DNA of 62,932 nucleotides, filler included, from Octopus bimaculoides (GCF_001194135.2; 8 parts of 8 records of this genome joined end to end with filler, not necessarily neighbours in it), one strand, 5' to 3'; shown: positions 1 through 11,743, numbered from the whole stretch's first letter. Translations and numbers: made by a program. The notes: generated by a model from the sequence alone, not told the origin.

Positions 1-3000
1 TCCGCTCAAAAGGCGCAGAGGGAGGCGGAACGGACACACGTACGTTCGAATTCCGCTCGAACGGTGCAGAGGGAGGTCTAACGGATGCACGTCCGTTTGA
101 CTTCCGCTCGAACGGTGCAGAGGGAGGCCGAACGGTCGCACGTACGTTCGAATTCCGCTCGAACGGTGCAGAATGAGGACGAAGGGACGCACGTACGTTC
201 GAATTCCGCTCGACCGGTGCAGAGGGAGGCCGAAGGGACGCTCGTAAGTTCGAATTCCGCTCGAATGGAGCAGAGGGAGGCCGAACGGACGCACGTACTT
301 TCGAATTCCGCTTGAACGGTACAGAATGAGGACCAAGAGACGCACGTACGTTCGAATTCCGCTCGACCGGTGCAGAGGGAGGCCGAAGGGACGCTCGTAA
401 GTTCGAATTCCGCTCAAACGGTGCAGAGGGAGGCTTACTTGACGCACGTACGTTCGAATTCCGCTCGAACGGTGAAGATGTAGGTCGATCGGACACACGT
501 ACGTTCGAGGTACCCTCGAACGGTGCAGAGGGAAGCAGAACGGACGCACGTACGATCGAAATCCGCTCGAACGTTGCAGAGGTATGCCGAACGGACGCTC
601 GTACGTTCGAATTCCGATCGATCGGTGCAGAGGGAGGCCGAACGGAGGGACGTATCTTCGAATTCCGCTCGAACGGTNNNNNNNNNNNNNNNNNNNNNNN
701 NNNNNNNNNNNNNNNNNNNNNNNNNNNNNNNNNNNNNNNNNNNNNNNNNNNNNNNNNNNNNNNNNNNNNNNNNNNNNNNNNNNNNNNNNNNNNNNNNNNN
801 NNNNNNNNNNNNNNNNNNNNNNNNNNNNNNNNNNNNNNNNNNNNNNNNNNNNNNNNNNNNNNNNNNNNNNNNNNNNNNNNNNNNNNNNNNNNNNNNNNNN
901 NNNNNNNNNNNNNNNNNNNNNNNNNNNNNNNNNNNNNNNNNNNNNNNNNNNNNNNNNNNNNNNNNNNNNNNNNNNNNNNNNNNNNNNNNNNNNNNNNNNN
1001 NNNNNNNNNNNNNNNNNNNNNNNNNNNNNNNNNNNNNNNNNNNNNNNNNNNNNNNNNNNNNNNNNNNNNNNNNNNNNNNNNNNNNNNNNNNNNNNNNNNN
1101 NNNNNNNNNNNNNNNNNNNNNNNNNNNNNNNNNNNNNNNNNNNNNNNNNNNNNNNNNNNNNNNNNNNNNNNNNNNNNNNNNNNNNNNNNNNNNNNNNNNN
1201 NNNNNNNNNNNNNNNNNNNNNNNNNNNNNNNNNNNNNNNNNNNNNNNNNNNNNNNNNNNNNNNNNNNNNNNNNNNNNNNNNNNNNNNNNNNNNNNNNNNN
1301 NNNNNNNNNNNNNNNNNNNNNNNNNNNNNNNNNNNNNNNNNNNNNNNNNNNNNNNNNNNNNNNNNNNNNNNNNNNNNNNNNNNNNNNNNNNNNNNNNNNN
1401 NNNNNNNNNNNNNNNNNNNNNNNNAGAGGGAGGCTTACTTGACGCACGTACGTTCGAATTCCGCTCGAACGATGGAGAGGGAGGCCGAACGGACGCACTT
1501 ACGTTCGCATTCTGCTCGAACGATGCAGAGGTATGCCGAATGGACGCACGTAGTTCGAATTCCGCTCGAATGGTGCAGTGGGAGGCTGAACGGACGCACG
1601 TTCGTTCGAATTCCGCTCGAGCGGAGCAGAGGGAGGCAAAACGGATGCACGTACGTTCGAATTCCGCTCGAATGGTGCAGAGGGAGGTTGAACAGACGCA
1701 CGTACGTTCGAATTGCGCTCGAGTGGTGCAGAGGGAGGCCGAACGGACGCACGTACTTTCGAAATCTGCTCGAGTGGTGCAGAGGGAGGCCGAAAGGACG
1801 CATGTACGTTCGAATTCCGATCGATCGGTGCAGAGGGAGGCGGAACGGAGGGACGTATCTTCGAATTCCGCTCGAACGGTGCAGATGGACGACGAACCGA
1901 CGCACGTACTTTCGAATTCCGATCGATCGGTGCAGAGGGAGGNNNNNNNNNNNNNNNNNNNNNNNNNNNNNNNNNNNNNNNNNNNNNNNNNNNNNNNNNN
2001 NNNNNNNNNNNNNNNNNNNNNNNNNNNNNNNNNNNNNNNNNNGAATTAGAAAGTACGTGCGTCTGTTCGGCCTCCTTCTGCACCGTGCGAGCGGAATTCG
2101 AACGTACGTGCGTCCGTGCGCCCTCTATCTGCGCCGTTCGAGTGGAATTCGAACGTACGTGCGTCCGTTCGGCTTCCCTCTGCACCTTTCGAGCGGAATT
2201 CGAACGTACGTGCGTCCGTTCGGCCTCCCTCTGCACATTTCGAGCGGTATTCGAACGTACNNNNNNNNNNNNNNNNNNNNNNNNNNNNNNNNNNNNNNNN
2301 NNNNNNNNNNNNNNNNNNNNNNNNNNNNNNNNNNNNNNNNNNNNNNNNNNNNNNNNNNNNNNNNNNNNNNNNNNNNNNNNNNNNNNNNNNNNNNNNNNNN
2401 NNNNNNNNNNNNNNNNNNNNNNNNNNNNNNNNNNNNNNNNNNNNNNNNNNNNNNNNNNNNNNNNNNNNNNNNNNNNNNNNNNNNNNNNNNNNNNNNNNNN
2501 NNNNNNNNNNNNNNNNNNNNNNNNNNNNNNNNNNNNNNNNNNAAATACGTGCGTCCGTCCGCCCTCCCTTGGCGCCGTTCGAGCGGAATTCGAACGTACG
2601 TGTATCCGATGGGCATCCCTGTGCACCGTTCGAGTGGAATTCGAACGTACGTGCGTTCGTTCGGCCTCCATCTGCACCGTTCGAGCGGAATTCGAAAGTA
2701 CGTGCGTCCGTTCCGCCTCCCTCTGCGCCGTTCGTGCGGAATTCGAACGTACGTTCGTCCGTTCGGCCTTCCTCTGCGCCATTCGAGCGGAATTCAAACG
2801 TACGTGTGTCCGATCGGCCTCCCTCTTAGCCGTTCGAGCGGAATTCGAAAATACGTGCGTCCGTTCGCCGTCCCTTGTCGCCGTTCGATTGGAATTCGAA
2901 CGTAAGTGCGTCCATTCGGCTTCCCTATGCACCGTTTGAGCTGAATTCGAATGGACGTGCGGCGGTTTGGCCTCCCTCTGTGCCGTTCGAGCGGAATTCA

Positions 3001-4096
3001 AACGTACTTTCATCTGTTCGCCTCCCTCTGCACCGTTCGAGCGTTTTTGAACGTACGTGCGTCCGTTCAACCTCCCTATTCGCCGTTGGTGCGGAATCCG
3101 AAGCTACGTTCGTCCGCTGGGCCTCCATTTGNNNNNNNNNNCGTTCGTCCGTTGGGCCTCCATTTGCGCCGTTCGAGCGGACTTCGAACGTACGTGCGTC
3201 CGTTCGGCCTCCCTCTTCACCGTTCGAGCGCATTTCGAACGTACGTGCGTCCTTTCGGCCTCCATCTGCGCCGTTCGACCGGAATTCGAACGTACGTGCC
3301 TCTGTTCGGCCTCCCTCTGCACCGTTCGAGCGGAATTCGAACGTACGTGCTGCCGGTTTGCCTCCCTCTGTGCTGTTCGAGCGGAATTCGTGCGTACTTG
3401 CGTCTGTTTGCCTCCCTCTGCGCCGTTCCAGTGGAATTCGAACGTACGTGCGTCTGTTCGGCCTCCCTATGCACCGTTCGAGATGAATTAGAAAGTACGT
3501 GCGTCTGTTCGGCCTCCTTCTGCACCGTGCGAGCGGAATTCGAACGTACGTGCGTCCGTGCGCCCTCTATCTGCGCCGTTCGAGTGGAATTCGAACGNNN
3601 NNNNNNNNNNNNNNNNNNNNNNNNNNNNNNNNNNNNNNNNNNNNNNNNNACGTGCGTCCGTTCGGCTTCCCTCTGCACCTTTCGAGCGGAATTCGAACGT
3701 ACGTGCGTCCGTTCGGCCTCCCTCTGCACATTTCGAGCGGTATTCGAACGTACGTGCGTCTGTTCGGCCTCCCTCTGCACCGTTTGAGCGGAATTAGAAC
3801 GTACGTTCGTTCGTTTGGCCTTCCTCTGCGCTGTTCGCGCTGAATTCCAACATACTTGCGTCTGTTCGGCCTCCCTCTGCACCGTTCGAGCGGAATTCGA
3901 GGATACGTGCGCCCGTTTGGCCTCCCTCTGCACTGATCGAGCAGAATTCCAACGTACGTGCGTCCGTTTGGCCTCCCTCTGCGCCGTTCGAGCGGAATTC
4001 GAACGTACGTTCGTCCGTTCGGACTCCCTATGCACCGTTGGAGCAGAATTGCAACGTACGTGCGTCCGTTTGGCCTCCATCTGCGACGTTCGAGCG
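1..4096. repeat. 51-bp tandem satellite array, GC/CpG-rich, interrupted by N gaps; orientation flips across the 100-N gap at 1943-2042
   Basis: Consensus read by eye on + from 2043 onward: CGAACGTACGTGCGTCCGTTCGGCCTCCCTCTGCACCGTTCGAGCGGAATT (51 nt). Its reverse complement runs 1-1942. The period matches the 17-aa repeat (VRSNSARTVQREAERTH) in the ORF track. Confidence 0.97.
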
Positions 4097-4196
4097 NNNN
4101 NNNNNNNNNNNNNNNNNNNNNNNNNNNNNNNNNNNNNNNNTTAATTAATTAANNNNNNNNNNNNNNNNNNNNNNNNNNNNNNNNNNNNNNNNNNNN
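4097..4196. other. Artificial scaffold-join spacer (N44-TTAATTAATTAA-N44); identical spacers at 22588-22687, 36212-36311, 41736-41835, 48871-48970, 51182-51281, 59627-59726
   Basis: Seven identical 100-bp blocks. TTAATTAATTAA places stop codons in all six frames, the typical design of concatenation linkers. Confidence 0.95.
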
Positions 4197-4659
4197 ACGG
4201 GAGGTGTAGAGAGAGAGATCACAGGTCAACTTAGAAAGTGATAAACTTCACGTGAATCTGGTGCAGAGGGCCGGTATGTACTCAGAGCACGTGATTTTGA
4301 CGCCCGTATATGTCCAGACTACCCTCTGGGAGTAATACAAATAATAAATGAATATATATGCATATATACGTACATGTATGTACATACCTACATCTACATG
4401 TGTATATAGATGCATATCTGGGTACAGGACGTTGCAAAAAAAAAACGTGGACAAAATGATAAACAGAGTACAGAAAACACACAGGCCACATAGAGGACAT
4501 ATCTTGAGGATCTCCTCATGATCATTGCTTAATGTCTATTTCCCATGCTGGTGTGGGTTGGACGACTTAACAGGAGCTGACAAGGCCAAAGGTCACCCCA
4601 GCTTCCATAGTCTGTATGCGCATGGTTTCTATAGCTGACTAAGACTAGTAACGACAGCT

Positions 4660-5620
4660 TCTTCCAGGCTCTAATGGTCGGGAGGATATCTTGAAAGTAT
4701 GGTCACCAGAGTAAGAACTGGTTGGAAAAAGTCAAGGGCAGTGTTACTTGTAGTAATAAAGGGCTTTTTCCTTTGAGGGAAAGGGCAGATTGTATGACAG
4801 TGTGTGAGTGTGAAGTGCTATGCAATCTGGTAGTGAGACGTGGGCCTTGAGCATGGGGGTGGGGATGTGTGAAGAAATGGAAGAAGCAATTTCCTCTACG
4901 TGTAACACTTGTGTGCATGAATTGCAGAATAAGCAACAGAAATAAACTTAAGTGGAATCAGATGTGTGCTGGAGAGAGCAAACTATATTGATCTAGGGGT
5001 AGAGATGGACTATATGTAATCTGAACCTTTCCCCCTCTTATTTATTAATTTTTTTTACGGAATCCCACGTTTTAGGATATTGAGATTCCGATTCTGAACA
5101 AAAATTGTTTGAAAAATTTAAATTCCCCCCCCCCCCNNNNNNNNNNNNNNNNNNNNNNNNNNNNNNNNNNNNNNNNNNNNNNNNNNNNNNNNNNNNNNNN
5201 NNNNNNNNNNNNNNNNNNNNNNNNNNNNNNNNNNNNNNNNNNNNNNNNNNNNNNNNNNNNNNNNNNNNNNNNNNNNNNNNNNNNNNNNNNNNNNNNNNNN
5301 NNNNGGGGGGGGGGGGAGGAATCGAAATTTTGAAATTGAGATTTTTTTTTTAATTTTTTCAGAATCGGAATCTCCATAGCCTAAAACGTGGGATTCCGTA
5401 AAAATAAAAAAAAATAAGGGGGGAACGGTTCAGATTACATATAGTCCATCTGGACCGATCTAGGCATGTGGTGTGCATGGATGAAGGTAGCAGCCATGTA
5501 AAGTGAATGGAAGCTGTATTAGAAAGAGAATGGAGCAAGGCATGGGTGAAATGGTCTTAAGTTGTTGAATCTTACAGGGGGAGATGTCAAGCGATTGGTT
5601 CACGGCATGCTGTGTGGGAG
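4660..5620 (+). mobile_element. Decayed RTE-clade LINE fragment (RT C-terminal region), interrupted by a MITE at 4998-5456
   Basis: Degenerate matches to RTE motifs (VRTGWKK, GSETWAL). Removing the MITE and one TSD gives KLY*SRHVVCMDE, similar to the RTE motif RLRWYGHVxRMDE. Boundaries approximate. Confidence 0.7.
4998..5456. mobile_element. MITE / non-autonomous DNA transposon with ~140-bp terminal inverted repeats and 8-bp target-site duplication GATCTAGG
   Basis: Left end GGTAGAGATGGACTATATGTAATCTGAACC; reverse complement of right end GGTCCAGATGGACTATATGTAATCTGAACC. GATCTAGG at 4990-4997 and 5457-5464. Centre is an N gap between poly-C and poly-G. Confidence 0.9.
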
Positions 5621-5634
5621 ATGACTCACTACTC

Positions 5635-5797
5635 TCCTAGGTGTGGCCGTGTGTTAAGAAGCTTTCTTCCCAACCATATGGTTCTGGGTTCAATCCCATA
5701 GTGTGACACCTCGGGCAAGTGTCTTCTATAGTAGCCTTGAGCTGACCACACTTTTGTGAGTGGATTTGGCAGATGGAAACTGAAAGAGGCCCGTCAT
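5635..5797 (+). mobile_element. tRNA-derived SINE, family A (head GGCGCAGGAGTGGCTGTGTGGTAAG type), left half
   Basis: A-box/B-box-like head, then GGGCAAGTGTCTTCTA and GGAAACTGAAAGAxGCCCGTC running into a microsatellite; same as 12026-12190 and 28027-28200. Confidence 0.8.
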
Positions 5798-5957
5798 GTG
5801 TGTGTGTGTGTGTATGTCTGTCTGTGTGTGTGTGTGTGTCTCTCTCTCTCTCTCTCTCTCGCAGTCTCCTGGCTTCCCAGACTCTAGTCGAACCGTCCGA
5901 CCCATGCCAGCATGGAAAACGGACGTTAAGCGATGATGGTGATGATGATGATTTATG

Positions 5958-6470
5958 AAGGCAGATGGCTCAGTGGTTAGAGCATCGAACCTACAATTGT
6001 GAGGTTGTGAGTTCGATTCCCAGACCGGGCTGCGTGTTGTGTTCTTGAGCAAGACTCTTTATTTCATGTTGCTCCAGTTCACTCAGCTGTAGAAATGAGT
6101 TGTGACGTCACAGGTGCCAAGCTGTATCGGCCCCTTTGCCTTTCCCTTGGATAACATCGGTGGCATAGAGAGGGGTGGCTGGTATGCATGGGTGGACTGC
6201 TGGCCTTCCATAAAGACAATCTTAGGTTGTGTATTCACTGGTGAGGCGCCTTTCCACCCAGACTTGTACCCTGGAGAGGAACTTCTAAGGTGCACCCATG
6301 GTCATATCCCTGTGACATAGCAGTTTGGCAAAAGAGACTGATAGAATAAGTACTGGACTTTAACAAAAAAAGAAGTACTGGATTCTGTTCAACCGACTAA
6401 AAATTCGCCAAGGTTGTGCCCCAGCATGGCCGTACTTTAATGACTAAAAACAGAGAAAAGAGAACAAAAA
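5958..6470 (+). mobile_element. Composite tRNA-derived SINE (family-C-type head, distinct central body, CR1-type tail)
   Basis: TGGCTCAGTGGTTAGAGC and GAGTTCGATTCCCAGACCGGG head. Body GTTGCTCCAGTTCACTCAGCTG recurs at 23650-23880. Tail CCCCAGCATGGCC...TGACTAAAAAC. Confidence 0.75.
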
Positions 6471-8404
6471 AGATGTGTGTACATACAGTCTTGCATGTAT
6501 GTCTATAGCTGTGTGTGTGTGTGTGTGTATATAAATATACTGACATGTATGCCTATTGTTTAGTTCACATCATTGACCTCTTTTATAACCTCTCACCCCA
6601 TTAACACTCATATCCCCCCTTTCCCCTCTCTGTCTTTATCACTCCTACTCTTACCATCACTTATCTCTCTTCCACTCCCTCCTCCTAACAATCTCACCCG
6701 AATCTGCTGTTGGATGACAGCGGTTCTCTCTTTTCGGTTTTTGTCATGCATTTCAATTACTTTGCCTTGTGGCACATTGCTGTACTACAACCGAGATACA
6801 CGAGGCACATTGCTGTACTCGAGAAGACCTGTCCACCACAGTAGAAACGATGTCCCAAAACCAAAGTGCCACTTTAAAAAGTATTGGGGATGGGGTCATG
6901 TAAAGGCCCCCAACCCTAAACAGGCCATGGAACCTAGTTCAGCCCCTGGTTTTACATCTGCTGTTGGACTGTCCAATCCATTTCCACAATGGAAAATGGA
7001 CGTTAAACGATAATGGGGATGATGATGGTGGTGGTGGTGGTGATTGGTTGCAGCTGTATTCTGTCCCTCTGCCTATTGCTCATCTCTCATCCCACCCCAC
7101 CCTCTGTCACTCAGTCCCCCTCTCAACCCATACTGTACTCAGCTACAATGTGAACTAAAGATGGCAGTAGCCTTCCCTTCTGTCCACTCATGCATTGGCA
7201 TCCAGTCACTGCGCCTGTTTGGATCTTCTACCCCCACCTCTCACTCCTCTGTGTCACTTCCTGGTACCAAATCCGCATATTTTCCATCCACCTTACCATC
7301 AGCCTTATTAGTCAGTCCCTCCAACCCATCTCATCATGTATGAGTGGTTACCTGTCACCACTTGTACCCAGTTCACTCTACTTTTCACCCCCTCCCTTTA
7401 TTGCTTTTCTCCCTGGCCCCTGTCTTCCTTTGGTCTTCTTTTTGCCCCTTGGGTCCCATAGGCTTGCATCACCTCCCTGCCATCTCAGCTTACAATACTA
7501 ACCTCTCCTGTCACTCTACTCCCTTAACACACATCCCACGCATCGCAATCACTTGAGCATCTCACTCTGTATAGAAGCAGTTGAGTGAGTTTGGGTTAAG
7601 CAGTCATGGGTGGGGACAGGCAGTTGCGAGTACAGGCAGGGTCCTTAGTACCAGATTCGATCACAGGGCTTCAGATCATTATAAAATGCTCATTTATTTA
7701 AAATGTGGATAAGTAAATAATTGAAGCTGATTATGTATAACACCTGTGTACTATCATCATCATTGTCATCATTTTAATATCCGGTTTTCCGTTGTTTTGG
7801 GGTTTAGTATATGTTCAGGTGGAGTTTCCTACGGCCAAATACTGTTTCTGTTGCCGACACTCACCTGTTTCTAGGCAAGGTAATAATACACTAGTTTGTG
7901 AATCGACCAACAACCGAGACTGTTCTGAAGTCTTCTCTGCTTACAATGATCAGGTAACATGTCAAGACATGTCAAAAAGCCTGGACAGCAAGCATACATC
8001 ACTGACCGTATTGATAGCAAAGCTGTTTACAATCAACAAAGACAACCAGAAACACATACATACATACATATAGGTCATTGTTGACTTACGACCACAATTG
8101 TTTCCGACTGACTGGTCATAAGTCGACCTACGTAGCTTTGTTTTATATTTTTACATTCTTAAGGGACGTTCTCAGGTAGAGGTCACATACAGCATTCTGT
8201 ATTGTACTATTATACTGGCGTGAGTCAAGAATTTCAGTCGCAAGCAGTCGTCTTATAAACACATACGAGGTTGCCTTGATGTCATCGCGACAGGATTTTC
8301 ATTCGACACCACAGTGGCGATCAATAACCAAACCTAGGTGAAGTATTTATTAGCTAACACCATCTATAGACGGGTTAATTTCTAAGAAATTAAACCCATT
8401 GGAC

Positions 8405-8790
8405 TGCCATGCTACACAGCAGTGAAACATGGGCCACGGCTGCTGAGGACATGCATTGAAAGAAATGAAGCTAGTATGATCCGCTGGATGTGTAATGTCA
8501 GTGTGCATACACGACAGAGTGTGAGTGACCCGAGAGAAAAGTTGGACCTAAGAAGCATCAGATGTGGTGTGCAAGAGAGATGACTGCACTGGTATGGTGA
8601 TGTGATGCGTATGGACGAGGACAGCTGTGTAAAGAAGGGCCAATCTCTAATTGTGGAAGGAACCTGTGAAAGAAGTGGGCCCAGGAAGGCATGGGACGAG
8701 GTGGTGAAGGACGACTTTTGAACATTGGGCCTCAGAGGCAGTGACGAGAGACCGAGGCTTTTGGAGATATGCTGTGATTGAGAAGACCCA
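8405..8790 (+). mobile_element. RTE-clade LINE 3' fragment (decayed ORF C-terminus)
   Basis: Translates, with stops and frameshifts, to LHSSETWA..ERNEASMIRWMCNVSVHTRQSVSDPREKLDLRSIRCGVQER*LHWYGDVMRMDEDSCVKK..GPRKAWDEVVKDD, a typical RTE RT C-terminus. Confidence 0.85.
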
Positions 8791-8799
8791 GCAACTAAA

Positions 8800-10480
8800 A
8801 TAAGATCACAGCCATGGCTGATGCCAGTGTTGCATGCCCGGCCCATTCAAGAGGACCCTTGATGCGTCAGGTGATACAATATGCTTGAAAAGACCCGTTG
8901 AGTCAAAACCAAAATTGCAGCTGTGGTCAGTGCTTCCTGACTGGCTCCCATTCTTGTGGAACGTAAAAAGCACCATCCGAATGTGACTAATGCCAGTATT
9001 CCCTGACTGGCCCCTGTGTTGGTGGCACATAAAAGCACACACTACACTCTTGGAGTGGTTGGCATTAAGAAGGGCATCCAGCTGTAGAAACATTGCAGAT
9101 CAGATTGGAGCCTGGTGCAGCTGCTGGCTCTCCAGACCTCAGACAAACCGTCCAACCCATGGCAGCATGCAAAACGGACGTTAAACGATGATGATGATGT
9201 ATTTGTGTCTGTGTTTACCCCCACCCCCAACTACCGCTTGACAACTGGTGTTGGTATGTTTGCATCAGGGCTGTAGAGTCAAAGCAAAAAACTTTGACTC
9301 CGACTCCTCTACTATTGGCATCTCTGACTCTGACTCCTCTTAATGTAATCAAGTGATTGTGGTCTACATATCTCACAAAATATATGCATACGCAAAGATA
9401 TCGTGAGTCGGAGTCAGAGTCAGTATAGTTTTATTGACTCCAACTGCACGACTCCGACTCCACAGCCCTGGTGTTTACATCCCTGTAACTTAGCAGTTTG
9501 GCAAAAGAGAACGATAGAATAAGTATATTAGGCTTACAAAGAATAAGTCCTGGGGTCAGTTTGCTCGGCTAAAACCTCTTTGAGGTGGTGCTCCAGCATG
9601 GCCACAGTCAAATGACTGAAACAACTATTTAGTAGCCTAGAGAGAGTTCATGCAATGCTTATCAAACAGACTGGTCTCCTTTTACATATTATTAAAACAA
9701 TTAGGATAATCTTAATCTCACAGAGTCGTTAGTCAACACAGAACAGTGTAACGCTCGTAATGTGGTTTTATATGAAGTGTTATATAACTTGTGATGTTTA
9801 TTTAAGAGATTTGGTTGGGCTCGCGGGCCTCGCAGAGGCAATGGCAAGTGACTGAGACCTTTGGCGAAACGGCATTTTTGAGAAAACCCGTGAAGCCAAG
9901 TGAGCTTGTAGTTATGGCTGGTACCAGTGTCACGTAACTGTGCTTGGGACGGCCTATCAAGCCATGAGAGATCATAGTTGTGGCTGATGCCAGTGCCATC
10001 TGACTGGCACCAATGCTGGTGGCACGTAAAAGGCACCACTTGAGCATTGAACCCCACTGAGGCAGTGACAGGTGACTGAGACCTTGGGCGATATACTGTG
10101 CTTGTGAAAACCTGTAAAGACATTCAAGCGAGGTCGTTGCCAGTGCCGCCGGACTGGCTCCTGTGCTGGTGGCACATAAAATACACCATTTTGAGCGTGG
10201 CCATTGCCAGTACTGCCTGACTGGCCTTCGTGCCGGTGGCACATAAAAGCACCCACTACACTCTCGGAGTGGTTGGTGTTAGGAAGGGCATCCAGCTGTA
10301 GAAACNNNNNNNNNNCTACACTCTCGGAGTGGTTGGTGTTAGGAAGGGCATCCAGCTGTAGAAACTCTGCCAGATCAGATTGGAGCCTGGTACAGCCATC
10401 TGGTTTCACCAGTCCTCAGTCAAATCGTCCAACCCATGCCAGCATGGAAAGCGGACGTTAAACGATGATGATGATGATAA
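8800..10480 (+). mobile_element. Cluster of RTE-3'UTR-type repeats and SINE tails (CTACACTCTCGGAGTGGTTGG...CATGGAAAGCGGACGTTAAACGATGATG family)
   Basis: The same ~180-bp module ending in (GAT)n recurs at ~9030-9200, 10250-10480, 21068-21436 and 22130-22330. Boundaries approximate. Confidence 0.75.
9265..9471. mobile_element. 207-bp MITE with CAGGGCTGT(A/G)GAGTC termini, nested in a SINE tail; probable 8-bp TSD (hAT-like)
   Basis: TCAGGGCTGTAGAGTC at 9265; GACTCCACAGCCCTGG ending 9471; internal GACTCC/GGAGTC subrepeats. Flanks TGTTTGCA (9257-9264) and TGTTTACA (9472-9479). Confidence 0.8.
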
Positions 10481-10840
10481 TGTGGTCTTGTATTTGTTCT
10501 TGCTTTGACTTATGACATAAATGTCATCATAATTTGAAACCATTTAAAAATGTATCGGTTTAGAGCTAAAAAATGGATTTCTGGATAGATTTTTGCTTAG
10601 GAAGAAATCCCCTTGATCTCTTCCCCTTTATCTCTGCCCCTTGGTCTCTGATGTCATCTGACAAATGTTCAGCAAGATGACAAGAATCAGCCAAACTTTA
10701 CCTGCTAGAAATAGCAAGCCAAACGCTTTTCAATCAGATTCCAATACTGGCTGTTCAAGAACCAAATGAAGGGCAGATTTTTAATCCCAGGACCATCCTG
10801 ATCCCAAAAAGGTATAATATGTCGATGTAAAACAAATGCA

Positions 10841-10897
10841 GACTGAGATACAGGGGTCCCGGACGGACGGACAGAATTTCACTTTTATTAATATAGA
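10841..10897 (-). mobile_element. Possible 5' end of a non-autonomous Helitron-like element
   Basis: Minus strand reads A|TCTATATTAATAAAAGTGAAATTCTGTCCGTCCGTCC, resembling TC-starting Helitron-derived ends followed by a 4-bp repeat. No matching 3' end identified. Confidence 0.35.
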
Positions 10898-11345
10898 TTT
10901 ATCTTAATTATATAATTTTAGAATTATTATAATTATTGCCAGTAAAACAGCTGTTTCATAATGATATATCTGTGAAATTTATGCCAGAATGCCTCACAGC
11001 AGGACTTGAACCCAAAAGCACGCAGACTTCTTAACCAAACATCCCTTCTGGCTCCTGTCTATATACCTGGAGGTGAAAGGCATGTATGCATGTAGACATG
11101 TGTGCCTTTGTATATAAGAATATATCTGAATCTCAACAGTGTGTGTGTGTGTGTGTATATACATACATACATACATACACACATACATATATATATATAG
11201 GGTAAAAAAAAACCCTTTTACCCGCTCCCACTTATTACACCTGGTATAACACTAGTGTAACAATAATTGGGTACCCTCCCAGCAGTATATTGGATAGATA
11301 CTATCCCTTAGTGGGTTGAATCCTCAACCCCTAACTGTCTCGCAT

Positions 11346-11416
<71 letters not shown>

Positions 11417-11445
11417 GTATATATATATATGTGTGTGTGTATATA

Positions 11446-11491
<46 letters not shown>

Positions 11492-11697
11492 TGAATCTGT
11501 AGGTGTGTGTATAAACAGGTGCATGTATTTGTATGTGTGTGTAAACATGTATGTGTATAGAATCATGAATATGTGTGTGCAGGTGTATATATATAATCAT
11601 GTGTATGTGTGTGTATTAGTGAGTGTATGTTATGTATATGTAGATATANNNNNNNNNNNNNNNNNNNNNNNNNNNNNNNNNNNNNNNNNNNNNNNNN

Positions 11698-11743
<46 letters not shown>

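Noticed and set aside
1-4096. CRISPR-like array, or heat-shock elements (TTCGAATTC)
   Set aside because: There are no unique spacers, only tandem monomers, and the context is eukaryotic. TTC/GAA units lack the 2-nt spacing of canonical nGAAnnTTCn elements.
85-4152. Long ORFs up to 773 aa with 17-aa repeats
   Set aside because: The 51-bp consensus is a multiple of three and has no stop codon on either strand, so open frames are automatic; much of the length is N.
4197-4279. Possible S6K 5' exon ending CCG|GTATGT
   Set aside because: Donor-like, but the frames contain stops or give the wrong phase for exon 17275, and there is no FDI(D/E)L-type N-terminal motif. S6K exons 1-2 remain unidentified.
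10246-10365. Direct duplication around a 10-N gap (also about 3107-3171)
   Set aside because: Identical sequence on both sides of a minimal gap indicates unmerged contig overlap.
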